The position numbers and the translations under genes were made by a program. A stretch of DNA of 64,000 nucleotides from Octopus sinensis (taxonomy: Eukaryota), in contig NC_043005.1 in the NCBI RefSeq assembly GCF_006345805.1, positions 20,894,001 through 20,958,000 of the forward strand. The letters are read 5' to 3'. Below, one piece after another: positions 27,010-41,560 of this stretch. The stretch's first letter is position 1; each line of letters begins with the position of its first letter. Below the pieces are notes generated by a model. It worked only from the letters and a program-made list of their open reading frames with translations. It did not search any database and had not been told where the DNA came from.

Positions 27010-27560
27010 TACAGTTCCAGTGATGTATTGGATCTGTAGTCTTCAAATTAGCTCTCTCCTTTTTGGTTTTGAGAGGCTTCATTTCTCACGATTGGTGTTT
27101 AGGCAGTGGGTTACATAATCCAGTGTCTTAATAATGCAGGTATAAACCTCAACTTGTAATCTGGATAGAGCAACTGCAAATTTCTCAATAGTTCAGTGTA
27201 GGTATTCTCTTTTTCACTGATTTTCATTGTTATGTTAACATCACTAGAGAGCTAATTTACAGAACTATACACAGTTTCTCTTCTATATCCCAAATCATTA
27301 TGTCAGGTCTGTTGTGCTTACAATTTATTGAGGTTTTCACTTGGACATTCCACTGGTACGCCTTTTTATTATGAGTGGCTATGACTTCTACCATACAATG
27401 GGTTCATATTTCATTGTTCTCTGGGTTATCATTCCAAAAGATTTCATTATAGAGTGTGTTAGTTACTTCATCATGTCTCGCTGATTAATGATATCAGGAT
27501 ATTTTCAGACAACTGCTTATGATGTGGGTGATATATATGGTGTTAATTCCACAATGCTTG
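27010..27560 (-). mobile_element. R4/Dong-like RLE LINE 3' fragment (other copies 34380-35540 +, 52140-52900 +)
   Basis: KHNRPDIMIW...VEISC...ENIYTELLRNLQLLYPDY..IPVTIGSLG restriction-like endonuclease motif shared by three copies, with a shared 3' UTR. Confidence 0.75.
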
Positions 27561-29479
27561 TATCGGTTGTCATGTATGTATGTGTGTGTGTTTGTGTCTG
27601 TATATATTTCATCATCATTCTTTAACAGTTGTAATTAATGTGTTATTTAGTATTGAAATTTTTAAATGTTTTCCTGTATATATGAGAACATTTCAATGTA
27701 AAATTACCTTTAAAATTCAATTTAAATGTTATAAAATACATTTCCTCAAGACAAAAATCACATTTAAAATTCCTAGTATTGTACAATAGTGAATAACTAA
27801 TAATGGACCACTTTAAATCTTAATTAATTTTCCTGTCTTTTAAATCTCAAATGCATTTGCTAATATTTGAAGAATTAATAACATTTGAAATATTTCTTCT
27901 AAACTTGAATGAGCAAAAATTATTATGTAATCCTAGATTTCCAAATTGTAGCATATGGATATAGGCAATAATATGTAGAATCCCCTCTTATGACCTTTCA
28001 TTTCTACACTATATTCTTCCTTGAACACTGATTTTATAAAGGGCAGATAATTTTGTTTTTGAAATTACAAAGGCATTCACTTGCATGTGGTACTCATAGT
28101 CAAAGGAATTAGTACTAATCCTCCTCTTAGAAGTACGTATTAAAGTGGTATTATTATCAGTATTATAATTATAATAGTAATAATATTAATTGCTTATCAT
28201 GTAATCTAATATGCATAATTTAAAACAAATTTTTTACCATATTTAATAAATAAGTAACTAATTGTTGTGGAATAGAATTTCAATGTTTGTAATTGTTGTG
28301 ATATAGAACCCCTATGCAAGGGCCCGGGAACAGGGGGTGCTGCGGGTGCACCTGCACCTCTTGGAATTTTCAGGTGGTGCAAGATCAAAATTTGCATCAC
28401 CTACATAATTTTACCAGTTTCAGAAAATAGTGTCTAAAAAATTATCTGTATAAGATGCTTGAAGCTAGATTTCATTTCAAAGCAAAAACAAAGAAGAAAA
28501 ATAAATAAATAAAAGTGATGAAGCTGGGCTTAAAATTCCCAAGGGAATTTATGACTAATCAGCTTCTGAAGCAAAGTAGTGTCAAAATAAAAAGTATGTG
28601 ACAACAACAACAGTAGAAGCAAACAACAATATGACCAGCATCTACGGCTACTCTCCAATACATAGCATTACTTTGATTCTTGAAGACAGCTCTATTCTGA
28701 CAAAAATAACTCCAAAATCTTGCAATGCTGAAAATGTGTGAAGGTTCTTGTCCTCTCTCAGTCTGTCACCTCTCTCAAGTTCTTTGAAGTTGATGTTGCT
28801 AAAGTCTGACGACATGGTTGAATGGGCTCGACTGTTTGACCTCAGTCTAAAAATAAAAGCCTTTAAAAATTCTTTCAGTCATATCGGTTTTCTCATTTAG
28901 GTTGTTAGGTCTAAAGTTTGACAAGGGAACAAAATGATTTATTTTTATCTTTGATATTTAATGCTCATTGTTAAATGCGTTGATACTTATTGCTCATTTG
29001 AAATACTAGTCCAGGTTAATATAAAAAAAGATTTTGAAAAGACCATCTCTGAAATTACCTAATTTGCAAAGAAATGTATTCAACAATTTCAGACTAATTT
29101 ATATAAAAAGGAAATGATATTAAAAGCATTACCTACCATCATCCTGACGCGGTTAACCATGAAGATCACTTCAGAGGTGCTTTTTTTACTCATAAGTTTA
29201 ACCCTAGCTGAGGCCAGCACACAGGCTAATATGCTTTTAACAAGGGTCTTTAATTTTACCAATCTTAGCTGATCCGAGGATTATATCCAGCCTGGAACTA
29301 AGCAACTGAAGTGGAGGGATATGAACCCTTTCCTCGATTCAACAAAAGACTTTCCCATACAACAAATTATTACCCGTCCAACTAGGGGAAAATAGCATAC
29401 TCGACTTTGTTTTATTCACAATCTTCATGTCATTCCCATGGCTATTTCCAACCAAAGCATTATACAATTATCTGTATAT

Positions 29480-30600
29480 GGTACAAAGAAATATCCGACT
29501 CGCAGGATGGATTTCTACCCTGAAGATCTTGCCTAACAAATCTTCTCCTTCTTGAAGAATGGATTACAAGGACCATGGATGAAAAAGACTTGGTGGGCGT
29601 GGTATTTTTGGACTTCACAAAGGCATTTGACTCCGTTAATCACTGACTTCTCTTGCGCAAACTTCAAGCATTCAAGATTTATCAATTGTTGACTTTCTAG
29701 ATTTCTTCATTCCTGAGCTATCGAACCATTTGGGTGCAGATCAATGGATATCTCTCCGCGGAGACGAATGCATGCAGCGGCATTCCCCAGGGGTTGGTGC
29801 TGGGGCCGATACTTTTCCTTCTCTATATCAACGACCTGCCAGATTTTCTTGATGGAAGAGTTCTATTTGCAGATGACGTCAAACTTGTCTCACCTAGGAA
29901 TCAATATGACATACTCCAATTGTCGCTGAACCAAGCTTGGAATTGGGCGGAAGAATGGAATCTGAACTTGAAGGCCTCAAAATGCAGCCATTTGCCAATA
30001 GGTTCATCTCCAAACTCTCCCTTGACTATTGGCCACAAACATCAACATCTTAAGATGGTCACTGAAGAAAAGGATCTCAGCATAATGATCGATACTACTT
30101 TCAAACTACCATGGCAGGGTATCGAGGCGGTGAACAAAGCCAGAAGGAATCTTTTCCTCATCCACCGATCCTTTGCCAAACTTTCAATGGACATCTTTTG
30201 GCTCGTATATATCACTCTAGTTCGACCCATCCTCGAATATTACATTCATACCTCAAACCCATATCTCCAGAAAAACATTCAGCACCTAGAATGGGTTCAG
30301 CACTTGGCCACCCGAATGGGCGCTGGCTTGCCTAAGCTTGTGTAAGAGGAACATCTCTGACGGCTGGCATTGCAAGGAGATCTCATCCAACTTTCAACAT
30401 CTTCAACAGACATGTAAACCTACCATTTGCGGAGATTTTCACCCCTGCGCCGGATAGAGGTCTTCGTGGGCATGATCGCAAACTCCATCCCCGACACTTT
30501 CGTTTCAACAGGTGGAAGGCCACATTCTCTGTCTGTATCGCAGAATTCTTTGATCTGTCCATATCGTGAATTCTTTGATCCCACAACTCAAGTGCAGAGA
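29480..30600 (+). mobile_element. CR1-like LINE RT fragment (second family)
   Basis: VVFLDFTKAFDSVNH, GIPQGLVLGPILFLLYINDLP, FADDVK. Confidence 0.85.
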
Positions 30601-30713
30601 CACAACTTAAAATTAATATCATGGAAATGGTATACTTGTGGCTATTAATGATTTAGGCCCAAACTCAGCATCTGTACCAAATAGTATTCCAGTTATATTG
30701 CTAAAAAACATGC

Positions 30714-31376
30714 AAAAACTTCCTGGGAAGTTCCGAGGATTTTCTAACTTCCGGGAAGTTTCATCGAAAATTTCTTGGGAGATTCCGAGCATTTTCCATC
30801 TTCGTGAAGTTACGTCGAAAACTTACTAGGAAGTTCCGAGTGCTTTCCGAGAAGTATCGTCGAAAACTTCCTGGGAAGATTCGAGGATTTCCTAACTTCC
30901 GGGAAATTTGGTCAAAAACTTTCTGGGAAGTTCCGAGGATTTTCAAACTTCCGGGAAGTTTCGTCAAAAATTTCTGGCATGTTCCGAGGATCTTCCAACT
31001 TCGTGAAGTTTCGTCGAAAAGTTCCTGTGAAGTTCCGAGGATTTTCTAATTTCCGGGAAGTTTCATCGAAAACTTCCGGGGAGGTTCCGAGGATTTTCCT
31101 ACTTCATGTGATTTTGTCAAAAACTTCCTGGGATGTTCCGAAGATTTTCCTACTCTGTGAAATTTTGTCGGGAAGTTCCGAGACTTTTCTAACTTCGGGG
31201 AAGTTTCGTCGAAAACTTCCTGGGAAATTCCGAGGATTTTCTAACTTCATGAAGTTTTGTCGAAAATATCCTGGAAAGTTCCGAGGAACTTCCGGGAAGT
31301 TTCGTCGAAAATTTCCTGGAAAGTTCCTAGGATTTTCTAACTTCCGATAAATTTGCTCGAAAACTTCCTGGAAATT
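30714..31376. repeat. Minisatellite, ~13 degenerate units of ~49-52 bp, each with two AACTTCC(T/G)GG(G)AAGTT quasi-palindromes
   Basis: Unit aaaacttcctgggaagttccgaggattttctaacttccgggaagtttcgtcg; period 52 measured between 30894 and 30946. Confidence 0.9.
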
Positions 31377-31380
31377 TCAG

Positions 31381-32215
31381 TGTTGAAATATGCAGATGAT
31401 ACCAAGCTGTACCTTGAAATAAAAAAACAGATCCTATCCTGCAATCAGATCTGGATACATGCAGCAGTGGACCTCTGACTGGCATCTCAAGCTATCTGTA
31501 GACAATTGTGTCACCATGCACCAGCTTTTACATACTCCCTGAGCAACACCAATCTCAAGAAGTCTTCTGGTGGACATGTTCTGGATATTATTGTTGACAA
31601 CAATCTGCATTGGACAAACCACATATCTAAGATTGTCAAAAAGGCTGAGGTGGTACTAGCATCTCTCAGTAAGACCTTTGTCAGCCACTCTCCAGTTATC
31701 TATTTAAAATTGTATACAACAATGGTATGTCCACACTTGGAATTTGCATCACCAGTCTGGAAGCCCTCTCTTTTTCAGCATATAAATCTCCTGGAAACTG
31801 TTCAGAAATGTGCAACAAAGCGAATACCCACCGTCAGACATCTACCATACTCTGAACATCTTGCATTCCTGGGCTTGGATACATTGAAGCCCAGATGTCT
31901 GGCAACTGACTTGATAGACACCCACAAGATTATCCACCATATTTCCGGCAACAACCTTGGGTAACGTTTTGAATTCCATATGACAATCACTCACGGACAT
32001 GCTTATAAAATCAAAAAACAACATAGCACCCATGACTTTCGGAAACAATTTTTCAGGCTCAGAATTGCAGAAGCATGGAATAAACCACCTGCATCAGTTG
32101 TTAGCTGTCAATACACTACATCCTTCAAAACTTCCATGTGTCCTGAAATCCGCCAACAGTACACCTGATGGCCATTTTTTTCTTTTTAGTTGTAGTGCAC
32201 CTGAGCACTATATAC
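31381..32215 (+). mobile_element. 5'-truncated CR1-like LINE (same family as 9145-10235)
   Basis: KYADDTKLY; ORF 31506-31964 homologous to 9367-10053; shared 3' UTR gcacctgagcact. Confidence 0.85.
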
Positions 32216-33149
32216 AACAATTTCCTTTATCATTATATATGTGTGTTTGTTGTGTTTCTGTGCAGTATTTTAGGTCTGTTAGTCAATGTAATGTCACACA
32301 CTCACTTCTGTTCCCACTCAGTGGTACCCCACGCAGTGTTCAATATTTGGTGCAAGACTTCTCTCTTTTCTATCTATTTCTCTGTCCTCCTCTCCCCTCT
32401 ATCTACCTCTCTACCTATCTGCTGCTTTTCTCTATTTACTGCCTTCCATTTCTTCCTCTGTCCATCTCTGTCAACTACCTACTGTCTATCTTTATTCCCT
32501 TATTTCTCCTCACTCTTTCTTTCTTCCTACTTGCTCTTCCCTAACCTTCTCTACTCTCTTTCTTCACTTTTTTGGTACCAAAAGACAATCCAATTTTTTG
32601 TCACTCACCGTTTTTCTACTTGACCAGTGCATAGGTAAGACATCATCGTTGAATGTCCATTTTCCATGCTGGAATAGGTTGAATGGTTTGACTGGGGCCT
32701 GGGAAGCCAGGAGGCTGCACCAGGCTCCTGTCTGATCTGGCAGTGTTTCTACAGCTGGATGCCCTTCCTAACGCCAACCACTCTGAGAGTGTAGTGGGTG
32801 CTGTTTTTACATGCCACCGGCACAGGGGCCAATTTCCTGCCTAGTACTCATTTCAGATCCCCAGTTTATCTTTTCACTTTTCATTCTTTTCTTTCCTTCT
32901 AACTTCCTTCTCTCTACCCCATCTCTCTATCCTTTTCCTGAGCCTTCTCATTGTACCTTTGGAACACAAGCACCACTATTTTCTTCCTTTTTCTTGTTAG
33001 TTTTTGTCATGTAGTGTCCCACATTTTGAAATATTTGCAATTTGTATTTTTACTGCTTATTTTAGCTCTGCTTAATACATTTCCAAATTTTAACATTTTA
33101 ATATGCAAAATATACTTCACATTATTATATGTACTATGCATTAATGCAC

Positions 33150-33630
33150 AAAATATTGTGTTTATTGGCTGTCTTCAAAATGATCACACCATCAATGGAA
33201 AATTTCAATACCAACTTCCTAAGGCAGTTATGAAAGGCTATCAAGACCAAACACCCAGAAAAACTGATGACTTGTTTCATTAGGACAATGCTTCAGCACA
33301 CAAGTCCTAGGTTTCAATGGCTGCTGTATGTGACTGGCTTTGAACTGGTTAATCATCCTCCCTATGTTAGTGATTTGGTTCCTTCTGGTTATCATCTGTT
33401 TCCCAACATAGAAAAACACTCAGCTGAGCACCAGTATCACTATGATGAGAACATCTTATCTGTTGTTGATGACTATTTTGATCAACAGAAAAGCTTCTTC
33501 ACCAGTGCGACCCAAGCACTGCAACTACTAATGGAAGTGTGTGGACAGTAAGAGGAACTGTGTTAGAAAATGAACTTCATTTGGTCACATTCCATTGAGA
33601 GTGTCTTGCTCAGATTATGACCATTTCAGC
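33150..33630 (+). mobile_element. Decayed mariner transposase 3' fragment
   Basis: FHxDNASAH, HPPYVSDLVPSGYHLFPN. Confidence 0.7.
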
Positions 33631-33874
33631 GGACCCTCATAATAATAAAAATTATTATACCTGCATTTGTTTTAATGTTAACATTGGAAAAATCCACATT
33701 TTTCATTAAAAAATTTTGGACCTGGGTTTGCACCCCCTTAGCAAATTTTGTTGCTGGGCCACTGCCCCTATGTTTATTTATTATGAGCTAGAAAGAATGC
33801 CAGGGTAATAAACATTATAAACCACATATACTTAACATATATGCTTCATGTATTTGCTGGTAGGTTACTTACTA

Positions 33875-34015
33875 TAAGGTTGTCCCAAAAGTTCGTAGAA
33901 AGTCTTGGAAAATAATGGTCTTTATTTTGAGGAATAATTTTTGTTGTTTTTGTTAGTACTTGGCGAGTAAAAATTCAATTTTCGCAAGTGTTTACGAACT
34001 TTTGGGACAACCTAA
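33875..34015. mobile_element. ~141-bp mariner-type MITE
   Basis: TIR taaggttgtcccaaaagttcgta / tacgaacttttgggacaacctaa, flanked by TA. Confidence 0.8.
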
Positions 34016-35719
34016 TATTTAGTGTGGTGAAGAACACTCTCTCAAATTACTGGTTGTTAAAACACCTGAAATTATGGCCAAGTGAGACAGAGTACAACTC
34101 CTCTCAAATCTCATCTAGGAGTGATGTATATTAACAATTTCACCACTTTTGTGGCTATGTCCCTATAGAGGATTAGAGATGAAACATTTCACCAATGCTG
34201 CTTCTGTTTCATGTTTTGAATTTATTTTTATATATACATTGTCTAGGCATATACACACATATTTTGCATGATATATGTATATAAGTTGTGGACTGGCAAA
34301 ATGATTCATCACTGGGATTCTACACTAAGTATTTGTGGTTAGTAATGTTTATTATGCTAGCACTGCTAGTTCATGTCCATCACAGGATTAGAGATGATTT
34401 GTCCCTCCTGTCCATGACTTTCAGGTGTTGTAACACTTGTTGGGTTAAGAGAGTATTCTCCACCATGCCAAATTTCTGCCTACCTACAAATATATGGGCA
34501 TGTGTAGGTTATGTCATGTTTCTTTGGAAGACATCATGCATGTGATTAGCAGCTGCCTTAAAATGTCATCGTGGTACTCTCTGTATATGCAGCATTATGT
34601 TATTGCTAAAATAATTTACAATGCCATCCACAATAAAGTCTGTCCTGAAATAAACTTTGAAAATCCCTCTGTTATGGAATACATTCATAAAAACTGACTC
34701 AAGAAATACTGGTGGAATATTCCATCAAAACGTCCACCAAATGTAAACACAACAAGCCAGATATTGTTGTTTGGGACAGAGGGACAAAGGTTTGTACCAT
34801 CACAGAGGACAGTCGCCCTACAAATATATATATCTCTTCGAAAATCAAAGAGAAAGAGGGTATCTATGGATGACTGCTTCGAAACCTCCAGATTCTATAT
34901 GCAGACATGTCTATTCATATTCGTGCCAATAATAATTTGAGCACTAGGTTTTGTTAGTAAATGCTTAAAGGAGAGTCTGGATAAACTAGGATTTTCAGAA
35001 AAAGAAATTGATGGGCTAATTCATATATTACAAATGCAGTCTGTGAGTGGAACAGTAAAAATATGCAAGACTTTTCCCAAGTTTCAAATGTGAATTTGTC
35101 TGTATTATCTACATCCCTAAGATGGAACCTTGTACCTTTGTTGGAAACCGGCTCCTTCCTCTGTGGAAGATCTATAATACATACATGCATGCATTCATAC
35201 TTAACACACTGCCTAAGTACCAATCTTAAGAAATTAACCTTCTTAAAACCTGAACAAAGAAAGTTTATTCAAAGACTACAGATCCTAACCATCAGTGGAA
35301 CTGCAAAAATTTAGAAAGCTTTTCAGTCATTTGCCATTTAAGTATATATTTTTGTGTATGTCTAGGTATATGAATGAGAATGCATACATAAAACAAAGCA
35401 TACAAATCTGCTCATATACTGACTCAACATACTGCACACATGCATGCATACATGCAACAATACCCAATTGATGTTGAAATTCTAATGAAGGAGTGTTGTG
35501 TCTTGTTTAGAAATTGGCTCTTTCTCTACTGGCAAGAAATCTTTAAAAATAACTGAATAATACATATACACACATTTATGTTCATGTGTTATATCTGTGT
35601 GCAAATTTCTTTCATTTCTTTCACTCTATATATTTCATTGTAACATTCTCATATCCTCATTTTCACCTTCCTCCCATCATACATGCAGCATATATATATG
35701 TTTCTGTTATCATTTCCAG

Positions 35720-35890
35720 TTTACTCAAAGATTGACTGTGGATCTCCAAAAGATGTTGTTGGTGCATTCAAGTTGTACAATACCACCACCTATCATTCTG
35801 AAGTGGTCTATACTTGCTCAAATGGGGAACAACTAAAGTCAGAATGTGAAAAGGACAATAAATGGACTCCTGTAGCATCTGTTTGTAATG
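35720..35890 (+). CDS. Exon B2: Sushi/CCP domain (YSKIDCGSPKDVVG...YTCSNGEQLKSECEKDNKWTPVASVCN)
   Basis: tttccag| acceptor; G|gtaacg donor; 171 nt; homologous to B1. Confidence 0.9.
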
Positions 35891-38800
35891 GTAACGTAAA
35901 TAGTTTCTCTCTTGTCACTGTCTGTGTAATTTAGTGTAATTTTGTGTTTTAAATGGATTTGTCAGAGAAAGTCTGGTTGATTCCATGACAATTTCCACTG
36001 TATTTGTGGCATGTGGGAGGAAGAGAGGAATCTAGTAGTGTCAGCCCACAAGTCCTCCCCAAATGCTTGCAACAGGCTGGACATGAGTAATTGTACCCAA
36101 GGGCCGGGAATTAAATTAGGTGATGGATTAAGTCTGCCAACCAAACAGTGGAAATGTGGAAGCTTGTTCCCAACAGTAGGGTTCTACATTGATTCCATCT
36201 ACCAAATTTTCTTTAGCTGTGAAGCATATTTTTAAGCACATGACCTATTCCCTCTTCTACCATCCTCCATCCAACCTTTCGTTCTCCCTCACATATCCAC
36301 CTGCATGCAAACTGCTTCCTTCATATACCAGCCATTTCTAGCTCCCACTGTGTTTTCAAAATCTTGTGAGTTACCCACCTTGCTGCCCTCTCCAATCCCC
36401 AATTCACTTCACTATAAACACCACCCTGTAACTTGGGTGTACGACTCCTGCTTCCCTCTCTGTCACATTTTCATCATCTTTTTCTCTGTTTTCTCTCCCT
36501 CATCAGAGGAAGATATGTCTCTCTTCCAGTGCAAGATCCAGTTGAGGGGTCTTATCCTTCAAGTTATTTTGTGGTCTCACTCTGCTGGTGCCATGCATAA
36601 ATCATTCAGTACACTCTGTAAAGTGGTTGACATTAGCAAGATCATCCAGCCACAGAGACCATGGTAAAACAGACAGCAGAACTTAGTGTAGTCTTCTGAT
36701 TTGCCTCTTTCTATTTGACTGTCCTTTACATAGCAGCATAGAAACTGGATACTAAATGATGATGATTATGATGATAATGACCATGATTCCACTCAGTACC
36801 ACAAGCTTGTGAAGTAAACCTCTTAATCTCAAAGTTATACCTGAGTATTTTTATGCAAATCTTCCTTAAATTTCTAACTTGGCCTTTTCCACTTGTACCA
36901 TGTGCCATCATCCAAAACCTTGTACAATATAATGCCTCAAGTCCCACTGTAATTAAGGAAATCCATTGAAATAGGTTTCCAGTGCACTAATGACTATTGT
37001 AATCCACCACCCTCAGTTATAATAAATGCAACTAATAATCACATCTGCTATCTGCCCAAGGCCTGAATTTTTGGTGGAGGGGTCTAATCAATTACATCGA
37101 TACCTGTGTTCATCTAGAACTTATTTTATCAACCCACAAAAGTTTGAAAGACAAATTAAAGCTCAGCGGCTTTTGAACTCGGAATGTAAAGTTAGAAGCA
37201 ATAGTGTTAAACTTTTTGTCTGGTGTGGTAACAGTTAAACTATCTTGCCATCTTATATATACAACTAACAATTATAACTCTTTCTTATTTATTAACAAGA
37301 ATAAGAATTGTTGATTGCAGGAGTTTAGTCTTTACCACTGGTTTCAGTACTTGAATAGTACTGAATTACACCAATCCTTGAATGGATAAAAGGCAAAGTT
37401 GACATTTGTTGGATTTCAACTCAGAGTATTGATGTCCTGAATACATAGTGAAAAGGATTTCTTCCAATGTTCTAATGATTCTTATCATAAGCATAATAAT
37501 AATGAGTTCTATTAATTGCCACCAGTGTGATAGTTAAGGTTGATGATACATACACAGACATATTGTTATGGTGTGTTATATAGAATGAAATGAGTAAAAA
37601 CGAAATATATGAGAGTACATGGCATTCTTTTATAAAGAATGATGTTGAGGATGATTAAAGGCACAATCAAGATACCCCATGACCAAGAATCACTGAACAC
37701 TGAGTGGTTATGACCTCACTAATTGTCATTCTCTGACTTACAGGCTTCTGCATATTTGTCCCATTAACACTTGCAAACTTTGCCACTTTCACCACCTTTT
37801 CAATGAGCTCATTCTAGGAAAGTATCTCCTTCATCACCCTCCCTTTCTTTTACAAGTAAAATGTGACAGGACAATGAGTTATCAGTGAAACATAATAGCC
37901 TCAGTCCTTGAATGTTTTGACTTGATCCACCATAAACATATTTTCTTATGGTTTCAAGAATATAATATCCATGCTTCTAGTTCCATGATAGAATACCAAC
38001 AATATACTTTGTAAAATGGTCAGTGAAGAAGTAGAGAGATCATAGCTTTGAGAGGAACCTTTATTTTTGTCTTGTAAACAATATGACAACAACCTATGTA
38101 GTGCTGGTGCCATGAAGACATATGCCTTGTACAATCTAAGTAGTTGGTGTTAGGCAGACCATGTAACCAAGAATCCTTGCTACAGAAACATACAAGTGAG
38201 AAGTGGTCCCCCAATTCTGACCATGGTTTGAAGGGAAATAACTTTGAATAAATCTGACCCAGATGTGACAAGCAATCGAGTCCAAAATATCATCAAGGAA
38301 AGAGGACATAATATGATAACAATGAGGACATACATAAATTTATACATACATAAATATATATATGTATCTCTATATATCTATATATATATATTGATAATAA
38401 ACACAATTTTATTACCTCGCTTTATCATATTTTCTCCTACATTTGGTCTGTTTATCAAGACTAGCAATAGTACTCAGTTGTTGCTTAATGACTCTATTGG
38501 AAATAGACTGTACAATGATGATCTACTTGGAGCACTAAATTTTATAGTCACAGTCATCTGTTTTTACACCCAGTATATATATGCGTGTGTATATACTGGT
38601 CTAGTGATGCAAGCTGGACAATTGCACCCAAGATATGTATATTTAAAAGTCATTTTTTATGAATATAATGCTATAAAAAGTTTTTGCTCCCACACACACT
38701 CATATGTATGTGTGCATATTTCTATAAATATATGCAAATTAATCCATGCATCTTTTCTCCGTACTGTTCCTGGGAATGTCATGTAGTGGAATATGCATGT

Positions 38801-39089
38801 GTCTCCTCCAGATTTTCCTATTAGAAAAGTAACTGTATGTAGATATTATGACTGGATTCCCAAGCATAACTGACTAAAACTACAGCTATTATCAAACTGT
38901 CACATTCTCGATCTGCCCTTAGTTCTCCTGTTAGTGGCTCAGCTTAAAGAATCCTTTGCATGATCCTTTCCTGTGGCATTCTAAACACGTATCTGTAATA
39001 CCAGAGCTGTGATCTCTCAGTGTGCAGAAGTAGCACCGCAACCTAGAGAGACTCCCTCATCTGTGAGTTATTTATGTTTTTTTTCATAT

Positions 39090-41560
39090 ACCCAGGCCTA
39101 TTCCCCATTTTTTAGGGTTGGGTAGACACAACAAGACACATGCCAGGCATTCCATTCATTTCCCATCTTAAAAACTCTCACCTCCTCTAATATCGCACCA
39201 TTTATACTCACATGCATCCGACCAGCCATTCCATCTCTTGAACACCTCATCACCTTACTCTTAGCTACATTCACTTTCAGTTTCCTCCTCTCACACACTC
39301 GTCAAAATCCTACCACTGATCTCCTCAGTTGCCTTTTTGAATCCGCCACCAGTGCTGTATCATCAGCAAACAACAACTTACTCACCTGCTATTTCTCTCC
39401 ATTTCCCTTTGGCCAAAGATTTCTCAGACATCTGTCTTGCTACAAATATTTGATCTGTACACCCCCTTCCCCTCCTAAAACTGCACTGCTCCTCCCCTAG
39501 TACATACTCTGGTTCCTCAACCTTACAATCAGAATTCTCCCATATAGTTTACCAACATACAACAGACTTGTACCATCAAAATTTCCTCACTAGCATTTAT
39601 TCCCTTTCCCTTTGTACAATGGCACTATACACTCACTGCACTGTTCCTTTGGTACTCTTCCAGCCATATAACAAACATTCTTAAGCCTCACTAATCATTC
39701 AGTCAATGTCACTCCTTTCTTTAGGTATTCCGCTGTAAACCCATCTATACCTGGTGCCTTCTGGTTTGCCATCTTCCCAAGGATTCCCTACACTCCTCAT
39801 TTCTAATTGCACCATAGTTCTATTCCCTAAAAACAAGCATTCTCCTCTCTCCTCCTACAGCCATTATACTTGCCTCCCTAACATCTTCCACATTTAACAA
39901 CTCACAAAAATCTTTAGGTATTCCGCTGTAAACCCATCTATACCTGGTGCCTTCTGGTTTGCCATCTTCCCAAGGATTCCCTACACTCCTCATTTCTAAT
40001 TGCACCATAGTTCTATTCCTTAAAAACAAGCATTCTCCTCTCTCCTCCTACAGCCATTATACTTGCCTCCCTAACATCTTCCACATTTAACAACTCACAA
40101 AAATACTCTGTCCATCTCTTTTGTACATGCTCACTTCTTTTCAACAAATTTCCATTTATATCCTTCATCATTTCTTCCCTTCTTGCACCTACCTTTTTTC
40201 ACTCTGTACCTCTTTCTAAAACACCTTTTTATTTCTTACAAAATGTTCACTCAACTATTTCCTGAACCTTTCACTCACCTCCTATTTCGCCACCCTCACC
40301 ACTCACTTTACTCTCCTCTTCACTTCTCTGTAGCGATCATAAACCTCTCCATCCTTTTTCTGCAACCACTCTTCAAAACCCTTTTCCTCTCTGCCACTGC
40401 ATCCCTTACCTGCTCATTTTATCACTCACTACCTTTTCTCACAGCTATTCCAACCACTTGTGTACAACTTACTTCAGAGGCACATGTCATTACTGCTGCA
40501 AAATTCTTCATAGTATATACTGCAGGATGTGGTCAGTGCCTTGTCAAGGTTTATAAAACAAGTTCTCACCTCTAGGCAATATTCCTGAAATGTTTTGCAG
40601 TTTGTTATTGAGTACATAACTTGTTGATTTTGCTGCATCTCAGATGGAAGACACACTTCTTCAGCTACCTTGTACATGTTGATTTTCGTACACCTCTTTT
40701 CCAGAGATGAATCATAGACTTTATTGGGTAGGCTAAACAAGGTGGTTTCTCTATAATTAGAGCACTCTCTCATGTCTTTTTAAAAATTGGGATTACTACC
40801 TGAGATTTCCATTACTTTGGTGTCTTTGCAGAGGTGCATGTCACCTAGCCTGGATAAGTCATCCAGAAAATACCATCTCTATTCAAGGCTTTTAACATAT
40901 TGGTCCAGATTCCATATGCTCCTGTATCCCTGCCACATTTGAGTGCTTTAATCACCTCTAGGAATTAGGCTTCAGTGTGGTTAGATTGCACTTGTAGATG
41001 CACATTTTGCCTACCTTACACTATGAAGTGAGTGGATAGTTTACTAGAATAATTTGCTGGTCGATTTAAAGTCAAAGTTCAGTTTAACCTCAAAGTCTTC
41101 CCCATAACATAGCCTTCAGCAGTTTTACTGTTTCTGCAGCAACTTGTTGCACCTCAGTGCACCATATATGTAAATTGAGAGACTTATTTCGAAGCCACTT
41201 TTTTGTAATCCTATTTCCATTGTATCTTGGAATTCCTGGTTAAATCAGGGAGTTCTTTTACCTCCTGGTGCCATTCGAAGTTACTATCTTTTACAATATG
41301 ATAGAAACTGCTGTGCAAAACATTCCCTACACTATTTCGACATTCTCATTTTCTTCAGGAAGGTCTCTGAATTCGTATGCAAACGTGTCTACATATTTGT
41401 TTCTAATCCCATCATGCAACAGAGCTTCCCACTTTATTCTGTAAGTCCCCTGGTCTTACCAGTTTTGTGAGTACTGTCTATTGTATCTCCAGTTGCAGGC
41501 AAGTAGGTGGTGATTAGTTGATAGTTCAGTCCCACTCTTCACATAAACATCCAATCACAG
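39090..41560 (-). mobile_element. Decayed RTE-like LINE (EN + RT remnants) with an internal 193-bp tandem duplication
   Basis: Minus strand SKLLFADDTALVADS, KVNVAKSKVMRCSR; duplication 39718-39910 / 39911-40103. Confidence 0.75.

Noticed and set aside
30714-31376. CRISPR-like array, or coding ORFs (RKLPGKFRGFSNF repeats)
   Set aside because: Units are contiguous and degenerate with no unique spacers and no cas genes, in a eukaryotic intron; the ORFs are by-products of the repeat.
28310-33770. Possible ends of a ~5.5-kb DNA transposon (ggcccgggaacagggggtgc vs gcaccccct..gttgctgggcc) enclosing nested LINEs and the minisatellite
   Set aside because: Similarity is short and gapped, with no TSD or transposase motif; not enough support.
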